64,000 nucleotides of DNA from Balanoglossus misakiensis (GCA_040954595.2 CM082577.2:11751654-11815653); one strand, 5' to 3'; numbered from the stretch's first letter, positions 52,601 through 64,000 are shown. Numbers and translations are program-made. The notes: generated by a model from the sequence alone, not told the origin.

Positions 52601-55126
52601 GGCTTTTCAATTTTAGTCCCAACCCTCCAAACGCCAAGTCTGTACCTGCTCTGGATGCCAAGATCTGGTAAAGTAGGTCAAAGGTCACCCGAGGTCAAGC
52701 AAAATTTGGGCAAGAAATTTTGAACCTATACTGGTCCATGTTCAACAAAAACCAAACCTATAGCCCTATTGGTTAGCCTGGAATTAGGTATGCACATAAT
52801 AAATGAGATATACAGGTGTCACAGGTGACCCCCATTTTGGCTTTTCAATTTTAGTCCCAACCCTCCAAACGCCAAGTCTGTACCTGCTCTGGATGCCGAG
52901 ATATAGGAAAGTGGGTCAAAGGTCACCTGAGGTCACCCAAAATTTGGGCAAGAAATTTTGACCCTATACTGATCCATGTCCCACAAGAACGAAACCTCTA
53001 GCCCTCTTAGTTAGCCCAGAATTAGGTATGCACATAATTAATGAGTTAAGCAGGTGTTACAGGTGAGCCTAAAATTTTGCCTTTTATCTTGGTGCCATTG
53101 TGCTCACTGACCAATAGATAGTCACTGTACAAGACTATTGCACAGACCAGAATTCCACAATAAGACATGGACATAGCTTAACCATAGAGGTATAAGTAAA
53201 GGTATAAATTTAATAAAAAAATTAATATAAAAAAATCGGTCGATTTTTCATATTATTTTTTTCCGCTTAAAATTATTGACAAATGCTAGGCTAGCTGCAC
53301 ACCAAAGTTGGAGATGATCGGCCTAACAGATTTTGAGATATGTATGCATATTTATCCAAAATAATATGTTGTCATAGCTTAACTATGTAAAGTATAGGCA
53401 CATGGCTTGGGCAAAAAATATGAAAAATAATACTTAAAAATCTTCTTCTCAAAATTGACATGGCCTATGGCCTTGACATTTGGCATGTAGAACCCTGGCT
53501 ATGTGGTCCACAAAGCATCTGAACAGAATTTTGATATCTGAATTCATATGCAAATTAGGCCGATTTGAAAATTTTGCCCATATATGGTCATCAGGTCACA
53601 TGATTTATTAAACATTCACAAGGGTACTGCACCAGCTCTCATTGGCCTGCACCACTGTGCTAAGTTTGAAATTGGTAGGTTCAGCCGTTCTCCAGATCTA
53701 CTTGACAAAAAAAACGGCACAAGAAGAAAAAGAAGAATATAGCTGCAAGCAGCAATAGCGGGCCCAAGCCAACATAGCACATAGCAACATAGCAATAAGC
53801 ATATCTGCACTTGATGCCAAGATATGGTAAAGTAGGTCAAAGGTCAACTGAGGTCATGTTATATTTAGGCAAGACATTTTTACCCTATACTGGTCCATGT
53901 TCAACAAAAACCAAACCTATAGCCCTATTGGTTAGCCTGGAATTAGGTATGCACATAATTAATGAGGTAGGCAGGTGTCACAGGTGACCCCCAATTTTGG
54001 CTTTTCAATTTTAGTCCAACCCTCCAAACCCCAAGTCTGTACCTGCTCTGGATGCCAAGATCTGGTAAAGTAGGTCAAAGGTCACCTGAGGTCATGCAAA
54101 ATTTGGGCAAGAAATTTTGACCCTATACTGGTCCATGTTCAACAAAAACCAAACCTATAGCCCTATTGGTTAGCCTGGAATTAGGTATGCACATAATTAA
54201 TAAGGTAGGCAGGTGTCACAGGTGACCCCCAATTTTGGCTTTTCAATTTTAGTCCCAACCCTCCAAACACCAAGTCTGTACTTGCTCTGGATGCCAAGAT
54301 CTGGTAAAGTAGGTCAAAGGTCACCTGAGGTCATGCAAAATTTTGGCAAAAAATGTTGACCCTATACTGGTCCATATCCAACAAGAACGAAACCTCTAGC
54401 CCTCTTAGTTAGCCCAGAATTAGGTATGCACATAATTAATGAGTTAAGCAGGTGTTACAGGTGAGCCCAAAATTTTGCCTGTTATTTTGGTCCCATTGTG
54501 CTCACTGCCCAATACACAGTCACTGTACAGGACCGTTGCACAGACCAGAATTCCACACTAAGACGTGTAGTGTTCATAGCTTAACTATAGAGGTATAAGT
54601 AAAAAGGTATAAATTTAATTTAAAAAATTAATATAAAAAAATCGGTCGATTTTTCATATTATTTTTTTTCGCTTAAAATGATTGACAAATGCTAGGCTAG
54701 CTGCACACCAAAGTTTGAGATGATCAGCCTAACAGATTTTGAGATATGTATGCATATTTATCCAAAATAATATGTGGTCATAGCTTTACTATGTAAAGTA
54801 TAGGCCGATGGCTTGGGCGAAAAATATGGAAAATAATACTTAAAAATCTTCTCCTCAAAATTGACATGGCCTATGGCCTTGACATTTGGCATGTAGAACC
54901 CTGGCCATATTGTCCACAAAGTATCTGAACAGAATTTTGATATCTCAATTCATATGCAAATTAGGGCGATTTGAAAATTTTGCCCATATATGGTCATCAG
55001 GTCACGTGACTAATTAAACATTCACGAGGGTACTGCACCAGCTCTCATTGGCCTGCACCATTGTGCTAAGTTTGAAATTGGTAGGTTCAGCCGTTCTCCA
55101 GATCTAGCTGGACAAAAAAACGACAC

Positions 55127-55158
<32 letters not shown>

Positions 55159-55316
55159 GAAGAAAAATCCCAGTAATACCAATAGGGCACAAGCCTGCTT
55201 GGCTTGTGCCCTAAAAAACTCCAGTAAAAACAATAGGGCCCAAGCCTGCTGGGCTTGGGCCCTAAATATTCCAACAATACCAATAGGGGCACAAGCCCGA
55301 TAGGCTTGTGCCCCTA
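49691..55316 (-). mobile_element. Nested stack of four non-autonomous Helentron (HINE/DINE-1-like) elements with ~239-bp internal tandem repeats
   Basis: Four AGCTGCAAGCAGC...GGGC(C/A)CAAGC ends (about 49691, 50911, 52332, 53737), four TAGGGC(C/A)CAAGC-loop-GCTTG(G/T)GCCCTA hairpin ends (52290, 55183, 55234, 55284), (AAG)/(AAT) microsatellites and no ORF. The family assignment is inferred from structure. Confidence 0.75.
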
Positions 55317-57068
55317 AAAAGGAATGAACTTTTACGTACCTCATCAGATTGATTTGAAAATTGTTATGCTGTATCATTTTTCAACCTCATACAGCTCTAT
55401 GTTTTGAGTTTATATGAATTTTCTATTTTTATGCATTTTTTGCCTTTCCACATTATTGGTAAAAAATCTTTTTTTTTTTTTTAATTTAGCATAAAACTTA
55501 CATAGGTGATCTGAGTAACCATAGTTTTGTTAAAATTGTTGAAAAAAATTGCATATTTGTACTTTTCAGAGCAATTTTTGCCATTTTTGGTCAAAAATTG
55601 TTTTCTCTAGAACCGCTTGTCAGATTGCTTTTTGGCATGTTCCTAGGAAAAAACCCAAGCAAGTGAAAAAAAAAGTCTTCGATGTCTTTGCGGATAAAGT
55701 ATAGGCTGAGTCAAGTTGCTGTATGTTCGATAGTCGATGAATCAGGAATAATCTCAAATTTAAGTTCAAAACGAGGCTAATAAATGACATCAGCGTACCA
55801 CGGGGAACTCTGGGTAATCCAATTCCATAACATTCCTCCTGGTTTTCTTCCCTTGCGCTGTGTGCTGTCCTGTTTTGGTGTTTCTTTTCCGAGGTGTGGG
55901 GTCGCCTTGGGGATTCCGTTTGTCCTCTTCGACAATTCAGTCTCTCCAGTGCAGTTTAGTTTTTCACACGACCCCTGGGGTGTTCAGTTTTCCCATATAG
56001 TTCAGTGGTCACAAGTTTTTCCATTATGGTTCAAATGGTCACATGACCCCTAGGGTATTAGGCTGTTCTCCTCCACCAGGTGAAAATGTGAATTGAAATG
56101 TAAATCTAACTTGTTCTTGTGTTCCTTTGTGTAAGTTTTTCTCTTAAAAAAATTAGTGTCACGTCCGTAGTAGGTGTTTTGCGTATCATAAAAGGACTGG
56201 CTGTATCACAAAAATTCTCCAGAAAGTTATCTTTTAACACATGTTTCCATAAACAGTAGCAGTCCCACTTTCTTGCTATGGCATGAAATGAGACAAAATC
56301 AGACTTTTATTTTTTGATGAAAGTGTCCACCAAATTGGTACCCTAAGCTTGCTTTTGCCGACCAGCAAACGCTCTGCGGGAACCTTCTTCAATCCGGCTG
56401 TTTGGATTCTGTCAAAAGACCTACCGGCCGCAGTGAAACCTGAATAGCTTCTTGGGAAGTGACGCTGCCACTCTGTCACTGCCTCCTTGGTCTCCCCGGA
56501 AGTTATGCAGGGGTTGTTTCCTCTGGGGAAATTTGCCATTTTTCATCAAACATTATTTTCTTTGAAAGTGCATGTCAGATTGCTTAAGCTTTGGTAGGCA
56601 TGTTCTTTGTGGTGATTGATGTAAAACCTATATTTTTTTTGGGGGGGGGGGGAAGAGCAGGTTTTGTTCCTATCGTCCTTAAATGATGCCAATTCTTATC
56701 CACTCAAAATGATGCTAATTTTTATTTTTTTAAAAACCAATAGCTGTTGGGCCTTTTTCACTACAGCATGCATCCCTGTTGCCATTTAATTTGTCTTCAG
56801 CCATTAATAAATATAAATCTCTCCACTGTAAGGTGGTGGTATACATAATTCCCGAGACTTGCATTCTACGTCATCCAATGTGGTGTAGGGCACTTGTTGG
56901 ATACTGGTGATGGTGTGGCTAAGGGCTCATGTCACTTGAAACTAAGTAAAACCTAGAATGGCTTTCTTCCTTATCATGGTTAAAGTAATACTTGCCCCAC
57001 TCTGGGGGAAAATACTACTTGTACTGCACCACTAAAGTAATGAACGTTTCATTTTTGTTACAGTTTTG

Positions 57069-57680
57069 TTATAAAGTAAACTTCCTTCTAGCTTTCTGTT
57101 CATTAAAGTTTGACATAGGTTGAGAAAAATTAAACCCAGTTTAATCTTTGCCCTCAAGTAAAATTTTCATCAATGTTGATAAACGGGATGTTGTTAAGCG
57201 ATTCCTTAACTTCGTTTTGATTCTGTTCTGGCACGAAAAGGCCCGTTCACAAGGTACACTTGATAGTGGTATAACCAAAGCAATTGATGCTAACTTACAG
57301 AAGTCTGGATAATGATTCTGGTACTGACAAAGTAACAGTCTATGAAGGGCTGAAAAGATAAGCTTCTTTGACAGTACAAAAGATCCTTAAATTCAATGAA
57401 ACAATCAGCTGCCCTATTTCTGTCTACCATACTACTGAAATGTGTGACAATCTTCTTGAACTCTGTCAGCATAAGTGCAGAGCTGACTGGTTTCTATGGG
57501 TACATTGCAAAATGGCTGTATCGGTGTCAGAGTGCTCTGATCGTTGATGAGTTTCTCCCCTATATTTATATCCAGTCCAGCTAGGAGTCGGATAAATCAA
57601 AGATTTTCGAGCGACAACGGGTAATAATCTTATTGGTAGGCAATGTTCCTTGTGATGATTGAAGTAAAACTTGTATGTAA
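57069..57680 (-). pseudogene. Degraded hAT transposase, C-terminal dimerization domain
   Basis: Minus-strand translation PDFCKLASIALVIPLSSVPCERAFSCQNRIKTKLRNRLTTSRL matches the hAT dimerization motif; stops and frameshifts nearby. Upstream boundary is approximate. Confidence 0.85.
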
Positions 57681-58436
57681 ATATATTTGGGGGGGGGGGG
57701 GGCAGAGACATGTTTTCTACGCCAAATGATGCCAATTTTCTTTAAAAATACAAAAGCCGATGGACCTTTTTTACTTCAGCATCCCTGTTGCCATTTTAAT
57801 TTGTCTTTAAAAACAGAGCAATAATTTGATTCAGTTGAAACCATTTTCACATATTGTTTGTGTATTAGGGTCTTCTCGCATACACATCGTTGTCTTTTAC
57901 TCGCATACACATCGTTGTCTTTTAAAAGCAATTGACCATTTCTTTGGTTTTTGTAGTGTCGTAAATAATTTAAATATGTCATCTCTGGTTATGCCAGTAT
58001 ATTCAATTTTGATTGGTTGATATTAGGACAGCAGAATTAAGACGGGTGGTGATTGTAACAAGACTGAAAGCTTTTTTCAAGATATTTATTTCAAATGATA
58101 AAACTTATTTGAATATTATATGATGGGTCAAGAGAAATGAAACAATACAGTTTGAATATAATTCATCCAAACAGAATAAACAACTGTGTGTATTCTTTTA
58201 ACAAGGCACTCAGGTTGATGACTGATATTGGATTAATTATAGGGCTATTGGGTCAAAGGGCCGCTTCCCTATTTAAGACATTGAACTGTCATAAAGGGGT
58301 ATGACATCATGATGATGTCATAGGCTATGACATAGTTGAAAGAATTTCAAATTCTGTTTATGCTAGGTTGGCGTAAAGTTGAGGCAGTAGGGGAGTCACT
58401 CCTTGAAGTACACATTTCCCCAACTTTTACCTATTT

Positions 58437-58722
58437 CAGTGTGTTTTTACTCTTGAAACAGGGTCTGCCTATGCCTGTTCCTGTTTGACTGTCTGCATGA
58501 GTCTCATTTCCACTCTTTTTTTGTTCTTTGACTCTGGCTGAAATTTCTGCAAACCTCTGGCATTGTCTTGGTATCCTGGCTCGGTCAGCTCTGCCTATTA
58601 CAGACATGTAAGTTAATTGCAGAAATTTCAGCCACAGTCAGAAAAAGAACAAAGACATTCATGCAGACAGCCAGATAGAAACAGACACAGACAGACCCTG
58701 TTCAGGACTAATAACACATTGA
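58437..58722. repeat. Long imperfect inverted repeat (MITE-like)
   Basis: GGCTGAAATTTCTGCAA / TTGCAGAAATTTCAGCC, CTGTCTGCATGA / TCATGCAGACAG, AACAGGGTCTG / CAGACCCTGTT. Confidence 0.75.
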
Positions 58723-59451
58723 TGTTGGTGAAGTGTGTTTCTCAAAATTTGTATGCAAGTTACTATAAACATTATCAGTAAGGAAGTATTTTATTCCACT
58801 TCAAAACTGTCGCTTTTACAGAATATATAAAACACTGACACACAGTTTCTGGCCCGATCTGTAGTACCGGTATAATGTCACTAAATTTAACATTGTATGT
58901 TTCCCCATACTGGTAAATGGGAAATATTGTCCAACTCGTAATGTGTTACAATAAAAAGGTCTTTTTTTAATATTTCACAAAAATTTAACCAAATTTGACA
59001 ATTTCTTAACCCTTAAACCTAACATACAACCTGGTGATTAGATATTTGACACCAATTCAACAATCACTAATGATGATGTAGTAGTTGTGTAATAAATAAT
59101 ATCCATGATTAATTTCTCGCATAATCCTGCATGGGGCCATAAGGGAATCCACTAAAACAATGTGATGGTGTGGATTCGGAAAGTGTTTCGTATATATATA
59201 TAGTAGATTCTACTTGATTTCTTTTAGAATCCACAATAATCCGTAATGGATTCAGGCCTTTTCACGCAGTGTTGCTTTAATTGTTGTTGGGATAGCAAGG
59301 CCCATTAGTTGTATAAATTCCCATCCTCTTTGAAATCCCCCTATCACAAAAATAAGATGCTGCAAAATGCTTCCATGGTGTTTAAATGAAACATTGTGTT
59401 TTTACATACTTTTAGCATTTGGGTCCATTTGATTGTTGATTTACATTCAAA

Positions 59452-59676
59452 CTATTTTCTGTTGCTTGGGTTTGGGGATGGTTTCCTATTTTTGTACCCT
59501 GCAATCAACTGACTGGACAAATCTAATTTGAAGTCAAGACCCCTGTACTTTCTCCTCTGATCTGCAGTATGTGCAATTTTGTACAATATGAAAGCATTGA
59601 CAATCATGCGTTGCAGAAAAACGAAAAACAGAAACTTCCAGTATTTCATAAATTTGTTTGAGATGGACTGATACAT
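59452..59676 (-). pseudogene. piggyBac transposase C-terminal fragment
   Basis: KYWKFLFFVFLQRMIVNAFILY...LDFKLDLSSQLIAGY resembles the piggyBac/PGBD KWWK-LF---L----VNAYILY...FRL-LA-QLI motif. Confidence 0.75.
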
Positions 59677-59821
59677 TGCTAAAACATGCCCTGGACTTGA
59701 CCATCCCTTCTTAATTCATCAACAGACACATGTATGGCTGAAACTGAGTATCTCCATGTGATATATCATGTATCTGACTTGTGTAAGTTGCTGGGTCAAC
59801 AATACCTAGCTAAAAGTATTG

Positions 59822-60618
59822 CATTAAGTCTCTTCCCACAAGGGATAAAAAGCATGTGCCCAAGATCCCTCACCTCTGACCCGGCGGCGCAGACAATAGC
59901 CCTCCTGCAGATTGTTGTGGTGGTCGGCTGGCGGTTGTGTCGTTGCTTGACGTCGACCGCTTCAAAGTACGAATTGCCTCTTCGAGTAGGCAGCTTTGGG
60001 CCATTGGCTTGATCTCGAGCATCTGAATGTGTTCGGCTTGTATTAGTCGTATAGACTTCATGGTTACAAAACCTGCCGTCGACAATCGTGCGATTGTGAT
60101 TGAGGTTAAATCGTGTTCGGTTGCCCATCCTTGAACCTCTGGCGAAGTTTCGGGTATCGTATTGACTTCTTCGACTAACGATCGTTGACTTTGTGGCGTC
60201 GGGTTCAAAGTTGACATACCTGATGGGTCCATGGTTATGGGTCCTCTTAGGCTGCGTTGAGATCTGCGACGAGCGGTGTTCACTTATCTAACAGCGTCAG
60301 CGAGTCTTGCGGTGCGGCATCAAGGCAGAAAGGCTAGCGTCAGGCAGCAGGACGGCTTGGCATTTGGCAGACTGATTGTATGGGTCTAGCGACCCGCTTA
60401 TAAAGGCTGAGAATGTAAATGTGCCCTTTCCCATGTAGATGTGACATTATAGCAAAGCTCCCTAAGACAAACCTTCAAGTACGCTTGCAAGCAAACGCAA
60501 ACAAACGCTAATAAACACAGTGATCCCCTAGCTAGTTACACTTGAATTTGAACCTAGTTAATTCTTTCACTAGGCCATTAAGTCTCTTCCCACAAGGGAT
60601 AAAAAGCATGTGCCCAAG
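59822..60618 (-). mobile_element. Truncated element with a SAM-like ORF (59870-60232) between perfect 43-bp direct repeats; possibly DIRS/Ngaro-like
   Basis: CATTAAGTCTCTTCCCACAAGGGATAAAAAGCATGTGCCCAAG at 59822 and 60576; ORF VQGWATEHDL...LSTAGFVTMKSIRLIQAEHIQMLEIKPMAQSCLLEEAIRTL has a SAM-like helical pattern. Confidence 0.5.
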
Positions 60619-61371
60619 GGCAAAGTTTAAATTAACCCTTGTTTTACTGCAAATAATAGCAAAATCTGAATAAGTGGTATTGGACAGGCAGTTTCAGAGA
60701 TTTTGAGTTCATATGATAGACCCCCCCCCCCCCCCCCCCCCCCCCCCGATTTTACCAGCCCACCCGGATAACACTCGTGCTTCCTAACCCATGTATTTTT
60801 TCATATAAGTCATACCCATTCTTTTAGCCTCCCCCCCCCAGGATTGCTCATCTAAAGCAAATGTGTTATTTTCTTGAGTGACCATGATTTTGCAAATAAT
60901 AAATTTTTCCTCTACCGTTTGCTTATCATTTTTGTTTAATTTGGATGGGATATGGCTAGTTTGTTCAAGAAACTGCACTTTGGCTGTTTTTTCTTGGATA
61001 AGCTCAACACTTTTCCCACACACAGATCTTCATATACAGTGACTATCCAGTCACCAGCTTTTACGACCTCATCGGACATCACTGCTTTCATCTAGAATAG
61101 AAAAATATTAAATTAAGAAAAAAATGTTGTACGGTATAATAGATCTATTCAGCCAATGATTAGCAGTGATAATGATGAAAGTTATGTACATTTTAAATTA
61201 TCACCTAATTATTGAGTCATGTGATTTATAATTTTATTTCTGCTAAATACAGATACACAACTCTGACTGTAAAGTTAATGTCATTAATTTTTAATTTACT
61301 AACTTACAGTTCAGGTAGTTATGCAGGGAAATGGTGGCAGTGTCGAGATCTTTCCTACGTTGTTGTTGTTA

Positions 61372-61938
61372 CGTAGAGACTGGTCGGGTGATCAGTAAGG
61401 GTAACGACCTTACACCCGAGTGATAGAGTGCACAAGGACAAAATAATAAAGTGTAGAAGCCAACGTGGCGTATTTATTAACTGTGAACACGAAAATAATT
61501 AACAAAACTGCATAAAATGATGAGCTGTACCTTTTTAAATGTTGCTGGTGTGGCCTCGGTAATAAAACCCCTTGAGGGACTCCCCTTTTTAAAAGGTATT
61601 GCTATTTATATACCCTCGGGTAGGATTCAAAATTAGAGAAGCTAATCTGCATAGGCGAACGTCAGAGAAAACACTTGTTGCAACAATTTATCTAAAATTG
61701 CCGTCGGCTGCAAGCCAAGAAAATTAACTATATTAAGTAATTGGCAGCTGTCGCTCAAAGTCGTGGGTGCTAACCAACCAAAGGCAAACAGTGAGAACTG
61801 AACGTGCGTAGAAATTCGTGCGTAACAGGCTAATCGGTTTTGGTGCGTGTGCCGGCTGAGTAATTAGAGGAACCGCAAAGGCATTTTGAAACGTACGGGA
61901 TAATAAAATGGGCCTCGTTAGATGACGAAATCTCTACA
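61372..61938 (-). mobile_element. LTR-like repeat L1
   Basis: On the minus strand it starts TGTAGAGA right after the purine tract AGATGGGGGTAA and ends TCTCTACG; internal TATAAATA and AATAAA; homologous to 63142-63678. Confidence 0.6.
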
Positions 61939-62283
61939 TTACCCCCATCTAAGATAATAAAGCTCCGACTATTGTCTAATTTGAAATATCTTCAGAGAGA
62001 AATATAAAGCAAGGAAGGGACACCCCAACCCGCGTACAGCTTTACAAATGCAATAAACACTAGGTAAAAAAACCCGAAGTGTTTGAACAATAAAAGTCTC
62101 TGGCACTATACTAAAAGTCTCTGGTCACGTCTACGTCTCATGCCAAATCTCTCCCTGGCGTTAGTGGAATGCTCTCTTCCGGGCTCAGCTCGGGCAGGTG
62201 CAGGTGGGCCTTCCGGCTCTCTTTCTTCGGATGTCGTCTCTTTTTCTTCGGGGGCGGCGCGGCATCGTCTTCGCCGTTGGTCT

Positions 62284-62814
62284 TTACCCCCCTCCTAGAC
62301 AATAAAGCTGGGTATGGGCAGGTGGCCTGGTCCCATGCTGAACGTTAACGGCTACTGTACGGGCGCAGAAGGAGACGGTCGCTGCCGCTGGCGGCCTCCT
62401 CGGTTCGGTCGGCAGCTGCAGAATGGCCCCTGGCTCCACAGGTGGACTAGGAGTTGATGTTGTGGCCGGGTTCAGCAGGTAGTATGTTCGCTTGGTATTT
62501 GTCTCCGCTTTGATGACTCCATGGGAGTATTGGCGGTGAGTGTGAGAGTCCTCCACTCTCTCCACCCGATTGAGATCGAGTGGGGCGAATACATCACCAT
62601 GACGGATGGGTTGAGGTGTTGACGATCGGCGCCGTGTGGAATCTGCGGATGGGGCTGGATCTGCCTCGGCGACGGACACGGTACTGGTAGCTACGCTGCC
62701 GGTGTTTCGGTTGGCGAGGCACGGGTGTTCGTTGTACTCGAACGAGTGCTCAAACACACAACCACACCTAACACAAATTCGCCTCCCTGCTTGGTCCCGC
62801 CTGAAGGAATTCAT
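62284..62814 (-). CDS. Intronless 176-aa ORF with N-terminal CxxC-x12-HxC zinc-finger-like motif (mobile-element passenger)
   Basis: ATG start, TATAAAAA box at 62893-62900 (minus), GC-rich open frame, CVRCGCVFEHSFEYNEHPC. Confidence 0.5.
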   Translation of the reverse strand: MNSFRRDQAGRRICVRCGCVFEHSFEYNEHPCLANRNTGSVATSTVSVAEADPAPSADSTRRRSSTPQPIRHGDVFAPLDLNRVERVEDSHTHRQYSHGVIKAETNTKRTYYLLNPATTSTPSPPVEPGAILQLPTEPRRPPAAATVSFCARTVAVNVQHGTRPPAHTQLYCLGGG

Positions 62815-63141
62815 CGTTTCGTACTCTCGTGGTTAGTTTCTGTGCTTGCCGGATCGGGTGAGAAGAGCAACGTTCCCAGCTCATCGTTGCCCTTTTTATA
62901 CCGTTATAAGAAAAATGCATAAAATGTTCGAAAATGACTGAAGTCTAGTAAAGAGTTCAATAGTAACATTACTCGTCGTCTCTCCCCGATGTCCGTGGCG
63001 GCAGATTTAAGTTTTCTTCGTCTTCGGGGCTGGCATGGCTGGTAGTTCCCTTCTTTGCTGATGGGGCTCCCCTCCTTCTCTTCTTGGTCTGGGTCCCCGG
63101 GGTGTTGGCAGGTGGCTTGTTGGTCTTCGTTGTTATTATTA

Positions 63142-63678
63142 CGTTGAGACTGGTCGGGTGATCAGTAAGGGTAACGACCTTACACCCGAGTGATAGAGTG
63201 CACAAGGACAAAATAATAAAGTGTAGAAGCCAACGTGGCGTATTTATTAACTGTGAACACGAAAAAACGATCAACAAAACTGCCTAAAATGAAGAGCTGT
63301 ACCTTTTTAAATGTTGCTGGTGTGGCCTCGGTAATAAAACCCCTTGAGCGACTCCCCTTTTTAAAAGGTATTGCTATTTATATACCCTCGGGTCGGATTC
63401 AAAATTAGAAAAGCTAATTTGCATATCGGACGTCGGAGAAAGCACCAAAAATCTACATATCATGTCGGCTTCACGCCATGAAAAGTAGCTAAATAAATGA
63501 TTGACAGCTGTCGCTCGAAGTCGTCGTTGCTAAACAACCAAAGGCAAACATTGAATGAAAACTGAACGTGCGTAGTAACATGCTAATCGGTTTTGGCGCG
63601 TGTGCCGCGCCGGCTGAGTAATTACAAAAACCGCAAAGGCATTTAGAAACGTAAAATGGGCCTCGTTAAACCACTACA
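63142..63678 (-). mobile_element. LTR-like repeat L2
   Basis: Starts TGTAG after AGAGGGGGGTAA; the 3' ~260 bp is nearly identical to L1 and the 5' half is diverged. Confidence 0.6.
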
Positions 63679-64000
63679 TTACCCCCCTCTAAGACAATAA
63701 AGTTTCGACTATTGTACAAGAAAAAAGTTGAATCGCAAAATGTTTTTAAGGGAAGGGACACCCCACCCCGTACAGCTTTACAATGAGATACGAAAAATGC
63801 ATAAAATGTTCAAGAAAAAAGTTAAATAGTAACATTACTCGTCGTCTCTCCCCGGTGTCCGCGGCGGCAGATTTAAGTTCTCTTCGTCTTCGGGGCTAAA
63901 CTCTAGTAGCTGTAATCTTGGTCGACCGGTGGTGCTGGTTCTGGCATGGCTGGTAGTTCCCTCCTTTGCTGATGGGGCTCCCCTCCTTCTCTTCTTGGTC

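Noticed and set aside
55180-55316. Three spaced palindromes resembling a mini-CRISPR array or rho-independent terminators
   Set aside because: Eukaryotic context, spacers are similar to each other, no cas genes; better explained as stacked transposon termini.
55780-56540. GC-richer minus-strand ORF fragments
   Set aside because: No recognisable motif or consistent splice structure; likely decayed repeat.
60784-61090. Minus-strand coding-like fragment (GDWIVTVYED...VQFLEQ...EEKFIICKI)
   Set aside because: Frameshifted; probably a transposon ORF tail, but I cannot assign a family without a search.

Overview
AT-rich, intron-containing animal genomic DNA, not prokaryotic. The repeat content suggests a marine invertebrate deuterostome such as a hemichordate, but this is inference. 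About 1-43.3 kb is one + strand gene, an RBFOX/Fox-1 (A2BP1) splicing regulator. Eight shared coding exons (24970-40027) splice in frame at GT-AG junctions into an RRM protein of about 374 aa ending in RFSPY*. It has four candidate alternative first coding exons, all with phase-0 donors. Its 93-nt RRM exon is surrounded by RBFOX's own UGCAUG binding sites, one overlapping the 5' splice site. Introns and the roughly 3 kb 3'UTR carry several MITEs. The distal 20 kb is transposon-derived: a Harbinger-type MITE, a four-element nested Helentron/HINE-like stack (49.7-55.3 kb), hAT and piggyBac transposase remnants, a SAM-like ORF flanked by a 43-bp direct repeat, and an LTR/PPT-like tandem array (61.4-64 kb) carrying a TATA-driven, intronless zinc-finger-like ORF. 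Most ORFs in the supplied track look spurious.
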